Shown in pieces: positions 55,103 to 62,582 of a DNA stretch of 64,000 bases (its first letter is position 1; each line of letters opens with the position of its first letter). The notes under the pieces were generated by a model. The model did not search any database, had not been told where the DNA came from, and saw nothing but the letters and a program-made list of their open reading frames with translations. The position numbers and the translations under genes are program-made. The DNA comes from Acidimicrobiia bacterium (lineage in GTDB: Bacteria; Actinomycetota; Acidimicrobiia; IMCC26256; PALSA-555): contig JBCKKA010000002.1 in the NCBI GenBank assembly GCA_038904515.1, positions 1,215-65,214 on the forward strand. The letters are read 5' to 3'.

Positions 55103-57232
55103 TTATTCGATCTTGATTTTGGGTAGGAGGCGGTCAAGAGTCTTAGGAAACCACCAGTTGCTTTTACCGAGGATCTCCATTACCGCCGGCACCAAAACCA
55201 TGCGCACCAGAGTTGAGTCGAGAGCTACCGCCACCGCCAAGCCCAAGCCAAACATTTTGATTAATGGTGTGGGGTTAAATACGAACGCCAAAAATACCGT
55301 AATCATGATTAGCGCGGCTGAGGTAATCACGCGCGCAGTTTTGGAAACGCCCGCCACTATCGCTGCACGGGTGTCATTTTTCTGATCGTATTCTTCGCGT
55401 ATTCGGGTAAGTAAAAATACTTGGTAGTCCATAGACAGCCCGAACAGCACCGCGAACATCATCATCGGTACAAAAGAAACAATCGGGATAGTGGTTTGTA
55501 ATCCAATGAGATTTATTCCCCATCCCCATTGGAATACGGCCACAGTTATTCCGTAAGCCGCGCCTACTGACAGAAGGTTCATAACCGCCGCGGTAGCGGG
55601 TATGACGATTGATCTGAAGACCATCATCAGCAGTAGGAAACTCAAGAACACTACGGCGAGAATAAAGAACGGTAGGCGGCTCGCTACTCGGTCCCCGATA
55701 TCGATGAAAGTTGCGGTAGCTCCACCGACGTACGCCTTAGCATCGCTGCCTTTAAGCGCGTTGGGGACTACTGAGGACCGTAAATTACGAACCAAGTTGG
55801 TAGTGGCCGCCGAATCGGGTTGAGCAGCCGGTATAACGGTGACAATAGCGGTGTTGTCGGCGGGATTAATACTCCCGCTCTGGGCCGACGGTGGGAACAC
55901 GCCCGCTATGCCGGGCGTATTTTTCAGATCTTGAAGTAGGTTCGGCGGAATCGCGCCGCCGTTGGGGTAAGTGACAACGATCAACAACGGGCCGTTAAAT
56001 CCGTTACCAAAACCTTTAGCGATGGTGTCGAAGGCGATGCGATTAGTAGTACCGGGAGGCTGAGTGCCATCGTCGGGTTGGCCGTAACGAATAGATAAAA
56101 ATGGTACCGCCAAGGTTAGAAGAATAAGTAAAACCGCCACTCCGTAGGGCCACGGATGCCGGGCTACGTGGATGGCCCAATTCTCCCAAAATGTCGGCTT
56201 ACCGTCGGTCACCTTTTCTTGGCGATGGAAAATTTTGGGAACCTTGCCGCGGTCAATACGATCCCCGAGTGCACCCAGCAAAGCGGGAATCAGAGTAAGG
56301 GCCGCGATCATCATAATGAAAACCACAAATGCAGTAGTGAAGCCGAGCATCGAAACGTAAGGAATTCCCGCGATGACGAGCCCAGTGATGGCGATTACGA
56401 CGGTAAGACCGGCAAAGAGCACTGCTTGTCCTGCGGTGCTTACCGCGCGACCGATTGAATCTTCAATCGTCATCCCCGCGGCGCGACATTCGCGATGACG
56501 AGTGACGATAAATAGTGAGTAATCGATTCCAACGCCAAGACCAATCATCATGGCCAACATCGGCGCAACCGACCCCACATCGATAAACGCCGAGAGCACG
56601 GAAATGCTAGTTATTCCAAAAGCAAGACCGAATATCGCAGTAATAATCGGTAGGCCGGCGGCTACGACCGCGCCAAAGGCGAATATCAAAATGACAATCG
56701 AAAGCAGGAGCCCGATTAGATCGGCCGGCGAGTTGGGCGGACTGACGGCGTAGTCAGTGAGTTGACCACCAAAATTCACATTAAGACCGGCGGCTTTGGC
56801 GGGTGCGGTGGCTTTTACTAGTTGGGCATAACCCGATTTTCCTACTTGCGAGATAGATCCGGAATACTGAACGTTAAGAAGTTCAATACTGGGATCGAGC
56901 GGCGAGGGTGTCGGCACGACGCTTGTCACGCGGGGAAGCTTCTCAATGTTGGCTACGGTTTCTTCGATAGCGGTGGCGGCAGTAGGGGAGCTGACCGAGC
57001 CATTAGGCGCAACAACTACCACTGAAGCGCCCACTCCAGACTGGGCGGGAAACCGCTTTACCAGCAGGTCTATTGCCGTTTGCGATTCGGTTCCCGGAAT
57101 CGTGAAAGCATCAAGATAAGCACCACCAACTGAAGTTTTAATAACTGCTAGGAGGATTACGGCCAGAATCCATACCGCGATCACCGCACGGTGATGTCGA
57201 GCGGCTCCGCGCCCAACGCGTTCCAGAAGCAT
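55103..57232 (-). CDS. MMPL-family (RND superfamily) membrane transporter
   Basis: 709 aa from ATG 57232 (MLLERVGRGAARHHRAVIAVW...). Two 6-TM bundles with periplasmic loops. Contains GVGIDYSLFIVTRHRE and GLSMDYQVFLLTRIREE motifs. The track ORF to 57577 is a spurious extension. Confidence 0.85.
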   Translation of the reverse strand: MLLERVGRGAARHHRAVIAVWILAVILLAVIKTSVGGAYLDAFTIPGTESQTAIDLLVKRFPAQSGVGASVVVVAPNGSVSSPTAATAIEETVANIEKLPRVTSVVPTPSPLDPSIELLNVQYSGSISQVGKSGYAQLVKATAPAKAAGLNVNFGGQLTDYAVSPPNSPADLIGLLLSIVILIFAFGAVVAAGLPIITAIFGLAFGITSISVLSAFIDVGSVAPMLAMMIGLGVGIDYSLFIVTRHRECRAAGMTIEDSIGRAVSTAGQAVLFAGLTVVIAITGLVIAGIPYVSMLGFTTAFVVFIMMIAALTLIPALLGALGDRIDRGKVPKIFHRQEKVTDGKPTFWENWAIHVARHPWPYGVAVLLILLTLAVPFLSIRYGQPDDGTQPPGTTNRIAFDTIAKGFGNGFNGPLLIVVTYPNGGAIPPNLLQDLKNTPGIAGVFPPSAQSGSINPADNTAIVTVIPAAQPDSAATTNLVRNLRSSVVPNALKGSDAKAYVGGATATFIDIGDRVASRLPFFILAVVFLSFLLLMMVFRSIVIPATAAVMNLLSVGAAYGITVAVFQWGWGINLIGLQTTIPIVSFVPMMMFAVLFGLSMDYQVFLLTRIREEYDQKNDTRAAIVAGVSKTARVITSAALIMITVFLAFVFNPTPLIKMFGLGLAVAVALDSTLVRMVLVPAVMEILGKSNWWFPKTLDRLLPKIKIE

Positions 57233-57263
57233 TCGCTTTAAACTACTCCAATATCGGCGGCGA

Positions 57264-58028
57264 TTGTGCAACCATGAGGATGTGGAAAGCCCGCCGTGGT
57301 CTCTAGTCGATTGCCCGCCCGACGCTCGACGAGTGGTGCGAAACCGAAAAGTTCGGCTCGGCGATGTCGGGTCATCGGGATATTTACGCCTCGATGCGCT
57401 CGCGCGGTATTTACAAGATGTGGCTGCTGATGATGTCGACGAAGCGGGTATTGAGGGAGCTTGGGTATTGCGGCGTACGGCGGTTGTGGTCAAAGCGAGC
57501 CCAAAATTTTCTGACGAAGTCGAAATGGCGACCTTTTGTTCGGGAACGGGGTCGCGTGTGGCCGAACGACGAACCACCCTTAGTGTGGCGGGTATTCCAT
57601 TTATCGAGGCGGTTGGGCTTTGGGTGTTTATTGACCGTGACGGTCGCCCCGCAGAACTAGAGAATCGGTTCTTTGATGTTTACGGAGTCAGTGCGCAAGA
57701 ACGCAAAGTGCGAGGACGACTGCGATTACCCCGCCCCTCGTCTGAGCTGGTGGCCCGCCCTTGGATAACGCGGGCCAGCGATTTCGATGTGCTGGGTCAT
57801 ATGAATAACGCGCTGGCCTGGGTGATGATCAAAGATGCCCAACACCGCATGGTCCCGAAGGCCCAGATCGCCAGTGCTTTGCTTGAATATCGTGTACCAA
57901 TAGATCCCACTACCGAAATCGGAGTGGTTAGTGAACTAAACGATGACCATCTCGCGGTATGGATTACCGGTGGCTCAGAGACTTTCGTTGCTGCTCGGCT
58001 CGACCTCAATTCGCCGGCGCAGGGCTAG
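57264..58028 (+). CDS. acyl-ACP thioesterase family (double hot-dog) protein
   Basis: YLRLDALARYLQDVAADD...AWVLRRTAVVV...WVFIDRDGRP pattern. The start (TTG 57264 or GTG 57282) is uncertain. Confidence 0.6.
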   Translation: MCNHEDVESPPWSLVDCPPDARRVVRNRKVRLGDVGSSGYLRLDALARYLQDVAADDVDEAGIEGAWVLRRTAVVVKASPKFSDEVEMATFCSGTGSRVAERRTTLSVAGIPFIEAVGLWVFIDRDGRPAELENRFFDVYGVSAQERKVRGRLRLPRPSSELVARPWITRASDFDVLGHMNNALAWVMIKDAQHRMVPKAQIASALLEYRVPIDPTTEIGVVSELNDDHLAVWITGGSETFVAARLDLNSPAQG

Positions 58029-58055
58029 GGCCGCGTCCCGATAGCGTTAACGCGA

Positions 58056-58868
58056 ATGACTAACGACAGCCCTACTCCTAAAAATGCGCTCAGTTCCAAC
58101 CAGTCGCCTGATAATTCTTTAAGCGCGGTGGGATCATTGAGCATCGTGGTGCCGATGTGGAATGAAGAAGAAAGTTTTCATCCGTGCACTTCCGCGATGC
58201 TCGCCGAACTCACTGTCCTTGCAAATAGTGGGCTTATAACTCAGGGTCAGTTAGTAATAGTTGACGACGCTTCTACCGATTCCACTCCGAGTCTTTGCGA
58301 CGCGTTAGCGACAAGCGATAGTCGTGTGCATGTAGTTCATCATCCCGAGAACACCGGTCTGGGCGGGGCAGTGCGATCGGGAATACTGGCCGCCGATGGC
58401 GATCGAGTTCTTTACACTGATGCCGACCTGCCCTTCGATCTAAATGAGATCGGTCGCTTAGTAAGGCTGGCCGCGGCCTACGAGGCGGGAATAGTTTCGG
58501 CGTATCGCTTTGAGCGCAAGGCTGAAGGATTTAGACGCATGATCTATTCGTCTATCTACAACGGGTTAGTTCGCGTCATGTTAGGAATAAGAGTGCGCGA
58601 TGTTAACTTCGCCTGTAAGTTGATTAGCAGAAATGTTTTGCGCGATATCACAATTAAAAGTGAAGGGTCGTTTATCGACGCGGAGATTTTAGCCCGAGCC
58701 GAACGCAGTGGATACGGAATTATTCAAGTCGGACTCGATTTTTTTCCTCGCACAGTCGGGCTTTCCACTCTTTCTTCTCTGCGCACAATTAGAAAAATTT
58801 TACGAGAGATGTTCGGTCAATTTCGAGAAATTCGTCGCATTAAGCCAGTGACTACTAATAAAAAATGA
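58056..58868 (+). CDS. GT2 glycosyltransferase of the polyprenyl-phosphate sugar synthase type (DPM1/ArnC/PpgS-like)
   Basis: SIVVPMWNEE, VIVDDASTDST, the YTDADLP (DxD) motif, and FACKLISR. No C-terminal TM bundle. Confidence 0.75.
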   Translation: MTNDSPTPKNALSSNQSPDNSLSAVGSLSIVVPMWNEEESFHPCTSAMLAELTVLANSGLITQGQLVIVDDASTDSTPSLCDALATSDSRVHVVHHPENTGLGGAVRSGILAADGDRVLYTDADLPFDLNEIGRLVRLAAAYEAGIVSAYRFERKAEGFRRMIYSSIYNGLVRVMLGIRVRDVNFACKLISRNVLRDITIKSEGSFIDAEILARAERSGYGIIQVGLDFFPRTVGLSTLSSLRTIRKILREMFGQFREIRRIKPVTTNKK

Positions 58869-59719
58869 TAACGGCCAAGCGATTGCTAGTCGTCAATGCC
58901 GACGACTTTGGCTTAACCGAAGGTACCAACCGGGCAATTATTCGCACTATCAACTCCGGTGTAGTTACGAGTACATCGGTCTTGCCTAACGGCGCCGCCT
59001 TTTTGACGGGCGTGCGCGAGTTGCGAAATATTGCGGTGGGAATTGGTGTGCACTTGACTATGGTCGGTAGCGGTGCTCCGATTTTGAGTGCAACCGAGAT
59101 CCCGTCGTTAGTTGACAAGCACGGCAAGTTTGCCAAGGCGTGGCCGACCGTGACCCGCCGAGCGGCGTTACGGCTCATTAATCCCGACGACTTGCGTCGA
59201 GAGTTCGCGGCTCAGATTGCGTTATTGCGCGACTCGGGTCTAGCTCTGACTCATCTTGATACTCATCAAAATGTTCATCTTTGGCCCACGATCGGAAAAG
59301 TGGTTACCGATCTGGCCGTGGCTGAAAACATCGATTTCGTCCGGATTCCCCGAACTCGAAGAATTACCCCACTTTCACTCGGAGTTGACTATCTGTCGAA
59401 GCGGTTAGCGCGCCGCCTGGTGCGAGCAGGAAGAACACTTACCGATATTTCGGCTGGTTTCGATGAAGCAGGTGCTCTCGAAATCGACTGTCTTAAAAAA
59501 GTCATCGGTCGGTTGGGCAATTCGTCGGCTCAACAAGCAGACATCGTTTGTCACCCCGGTGAGGCCGACGATCCCGATCTCGGCGCTTACTCGTGGGGAT
59601 TTCGTTGGGCCGAAGAGACTGCCGCGCTAACCACACCGACTATCAGGCAGCAAATTGTCAACGCGGGGTTCACTCTGGGCACCTACCGTGATCTGGTGGG
59701 GACGGTAAGCAGATCGTGA
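58865..59719 (+). CDS. YdjC/ChbG/HpnK-family carbohydrate deacetylase
   Basis: LLVVNADDFGLTEGTNRAII...SVLPNG...GVHLT...LTHLDTHQNVH. 4-nt overlap with the GT2 gene. Confidence 0.8.
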   Translation: MITAKRLLVVNADDFGLTEGTNRAIIRTINSGVVTSTSVLPNGAAFLTGVRELRNIAVGIGVHLTMVGSGAPILSATEIPSLVDKHGKFAKAWPTVTRRAALRLINPDDLRREFAAQIALLRDSGLALTHLDTHQNVHLWPTIGKVVTDLAVAENIDFVRIPRTRRITPLSLGVDYLSKRLARRLVRAGRTLTDISAGFDEAGALEIDCLKKVIGRLGNSSAQQADIVCHPGEADDPDLGAYSWGFRWAEETAALTTPTIRQQIVNAGFTLGTYRDLVGTVSRS

Positions 59720-60930
59720 CGACTTCAGTAGCCGAGCGTCCGGAACGCGTCGATCGCGTTGTCGTCGGTCGTGCCGCGCTGGCTTACTTGGCAATCGCTC
59801 TGGTATTAACCGCGCTAACGGTATTGGCTAATTCATATTCGGGTGGCGATGCCGGTTTAAAAAGCATTATCGACCGTTTAGGGCTGGCGGGAGGCTGGTG
59901 CCGTTTCGATTGCGGATGGTATGTCGGTATTGCCGAGCAAGGTTATTTTTATAACCTCGGCTATCAATCGAGTGTGGCGTTTTTCCCTGGTTATCCCATG
60001 GCGGCTCGTGGGCTCGGAAATATTATTGGCGATATTCCGCTAGCGGTAATCATCACGAGTTGGCTATCGGGATTTGGTGCTGCTATCGCTTACGCGGCTT
60101 GGTGCACGGGGCGACTTGACCGACGGGTAGCAACATGGTCGGTAGCGGTTTTATTGCTCTATCCCTACGGGTTTTATTTGTTCGGTGCGGGTTACGGCGA
60201 CGGTTTATTTCTCGCATTAGCGGTTAGCGCATTTTTATTACTCGAGCGGGATCACTTATTCCTCGCGGCGACTGCGGGCGCTTTAGCCGGCGCCACTCGT
60301 TCTATCGGAATTGTAATTTTCGTAAGCATGGTTTTAGTGATAATCGACCGACGGGGTGGTATGCCCATGCGTGCGCCCGATTCGGGTTGGTTGGCCAAAC
60401 TTGGCCTGCCCGCGTCGGTGTCGTTGAAAGTCTTACGCGGGCGTGATGCGATTTTGTTTATTGCTTTGCTCGGTCCTATTGGCTGGTCATTATTTCTAAA
60501 TAATAGATTTGGTGACGGGTTTGCTTATGTAACCGTGCAAGAAGCATGGAAGCAAAAAGAGGGTCCCCGGACTTGGCTGAAGTTTGATTTATTCCGCGAG
60601 ATTGCCAATGGGCAGGATATTTATTACGTAGGCGGCCGGCTTATTCCGGCTGTGCTGCTAGTCGTGCTGTTGGCCCTACTGCCGCTGGTAGCCAAAAAAT
60701 TAGGACCCAGTTACGCGGCGTACAGCGCCGCGGCGGTTCTGTTGCCTGCATTGGGTAGTAAAGATTTTCATAGCATGGGTCGTTACGCTATCGCCGCGTT
60801 TCCGATATTCGCCGTCGTCGGCATCGAGCTGTCAGCCCGCCCCCGCTGGGGCCGATTGGTTTTAGTGCTGGGCGCGATATTCTTATGTGCCGGAGCCTTC
60901 GGATTTGCGCGAGGTTGGTACTTGGCGTGA
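59716..60930 (+). CDS. polytopic membrane protein, GT-C / PIG-V-like mannosyltransferase-type
   Basis: 404 aa, at least 9 TM helices. First-loop motif RFDCGWYVGIAEQGY...VAFFPGYPM, as in PIG-V-like GT-C proteins. 4-nt overlap with the deacetylase gene. Confidence 0.55.
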   Translation: MTTSVAERPERVDRVVVGRAALAYLAIALVLTALTVLANSYSGGDAGLKSIIDRLGLAGGWCRFDCGWYVGIAEQGYFYNLGYQSSVAFFPGYPMAARGLGNIIGDIPLAVIITSWLSGFGAAIAYAAWCTGRLDRRVATWSVAVLLLYPYGFYLFGAGYGDGLFLALAVSAFLLLERDHLFLAATAGALAGATRSIGIVIFVSMVLVIIDRRGGMPMRAPDSGWLAKLGLPASVSLKVLRGRDAILFIALLGPIGWSLFLNNRFGDGFAYVTVQEAWKQKEGPRTWLKFDLFREIANGQDIYYVGGRLIPAVLLVVLLALLPLVAKKLGPSYAAYSAAAVLLPALGSKDFHSMGRYAIAAFPIFAVVGIELSARPRWGRLVLVLGAIFLCAGAFGFARGWYLA

Positions 60931-60959
60931 CCGGATACTGTTACTAATTGTCTGACATC

Positions 60960-60987
60960 AAATAATGGGAGCGAAATAACGGGAGCG
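60960..60987. repeat. 14-bp tandem duplication carrying the Shine-Dalgarno (AAATAAYGGGAGCG x2)
   Basis: AAATAATGGGAGCG at 60960-60973 and AAATAACGGGAGCG at 60974-60987. The ATG is at 60992. Confidence 0.85.
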
Positions 60988-60991
60988 GCAA

Positions 60992-61786
60992 ATGAGTGAA
61001 ATCAGTGAGCTGGACGCGCCGCCGGTAGCCCGCGACTTTTCGGGTCGCGCGGCAATGATAACGGGAGCGGGATCCGGTTTAGGTCAAGCCGCGGCGATGC
61101 TTTTGGCGAATCGAGGGGCAAATGTTTTGGTCGCCGACATCAACGCAGTAGGCGGGCAAGCCACGGTCGACCTTTGTCGCGCGGCGGGTGTTGATGCCTT
61201 CTTTATGCCGACCGATGTCACTCAAGAAGCCGATGTGGCCGCGGCCGTCGTGGCGGTGGTTGATCGTTGGGGAAGCCTTGACCTCGCGATTAATAATGCT
61301 GGCACCACGGGTCCGTCGAAGCCCACCGCGGAGTACACCCTCAAAGAGTGGAACCAGGTAGTGGCGCTTAATCTCACTTCAGTATTTATTGGTCTCAAAC
61401 ACCAAATCCCACCGATGGTTGCCCAAGGACGGGGCGCGATCGTTAACACTTCGTCCGGTGCCGGCTTAATGGGTTTCGCGGGGCTGCCGGCTTATGTTGC
61501 TACTAAACATGCGGTACTAGGTATCACTAAAGCCGCCGCGCTCGAATACATAAAAGCCGGTGTGCGCATAAACGCAGTGTGCCCTGGGAGCACCCGCACG
61601 CCGATGCTCGAAAGTTGGATGGGCGGCAATCCCGCTATCGAAGCGGCCATGGCTAACTCGGCTCCGATTGGTCGGTTGGCCGCTCCGGTGGAAATCGCCG
61701 AAGCAATGGTCTGGTTACTTTCCGACGCCGCTTCGTTCATGGTCGGTCACGCATTAGCCGTCGATGGCGGCGCGGTAATTATGTAA
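60992..61786 (+). CDS. SDR-family oxidoreductase (FabG-like)
   Basis: MITGAGSGLGQAAA, NNAG, YVATK and PGSTRTPM. Confidence 0.8.
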   Translation: MSEISELDAPPVARDFSGRAAMITGAGSGLGQAAAMLLANRGANVLVADINAVGGQATVDLCRAAGVDAFFMPTDVTQEADVAAAVVAVVDRWGSLDLAINNAGTTGPSKPTAEYTLKEWNQVVALNLTSVFIGLKHQIPPMVAQGRGAIVNTSSGAGLMGFAGLPAYVATKHAVLGITKAAALEYIKAGVRINAVCPGSTRTPMLESWMGGNPAIEAAMANSAPIGRLAAPVEIAEAMVWLLSDAASFMVGHALAVDGGAVIM

Positions 61787-61818
61787 CTTGCGCGCCACTG
61801 CGGTTAGTGTTTTGCTTT

Positions 61819-62337
61819 ATGGCGATTTATGCATTGGGCAAGTTTGAGCCAAAAATCCATCCGGATGCGTTCGTTCATCCCGACGCGACTGTGATCGGCA
61901 ATGTTGAGATTGGTTCTGAGTCGAGTATCTGGCCTCAAGCAGTGCTGCGAGGTGACATTGGTAAAATTATTATCGGCGCCCGTACCTCGATCCAAGACGG
62001 TTCGGTTATTCACTGCACCGCGGCCCATCCCACCATTGTCGGCAACGAATGCGTGGTGGGCCACCTCGCCCACCTTGAGAGTTGCACCATAGAAGATCTG
62101 GCTTTAGTTGGGACTGGTTCGATCGTGCTCCACCGTTCTATTGTGCGTACCGGCGCGTTGGTCGGTGCCGGCGCGGTAGTTCCTAACGATATGGAAGTTC
62201 CGAGCGGCGCGATGGCGTTGGGCGTGCCGGCCAAGATTCGCCCTGATTCGGTCGTCGACGGAGTAATTGCCATGATGGCGGCCGCCTACGTCGAAAACGG
62301 TAAACGATTTCTAGCGGAGTTGCGCCGCCTCGGCTGA
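61819..62337 (+). CDS. gamma-class carbonic anhydrase / hexapeptide-repeat (YrdA/PaaY-like) protein
   Basis: MAIYALGKFEPKIHPDAFVHPDATVIGNVEIG...LRGD...H-containing left-handed beta-helix repeats. Confidence 0.8.
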   Translation: MAIYALGKFEPKIHPDAFVHPDATVIGNVEIGSESSIWPQAVLRGDIGKIIIGARTSIQDGSVIHCTAAHPTIVGNECVVGHLAHLESCTIEDLALVGTGSIVLHRSIVRTGALVGAGAVVPNDMEVPSGAMALGVPAKIRPDSVVDGVIAMMAAAYVENGKRFLAELRRLG

Positions 62338-62582
62338 GACTTAAGTGACTTCGGGCCCGAGTTCGCGTCGGTATTTGTCGGGCTCGATAAAAATTACACA
62401 GGTACTAGTAACCGGGGCTCGGATGCTCACTTCCTCGAGCTCGGTCAGCAGCCCTCGCGGGTTTGCAGTGATCCGCTAGAGTCAAGCAACACCCGCTATC
62501 GACGCGGTCACGCAATAGCCCGAGCCCTTACAAGACCCGAGGCAGGTCATTCGGGGCTACAGCAAGAAGGAGATCGAGAAAA

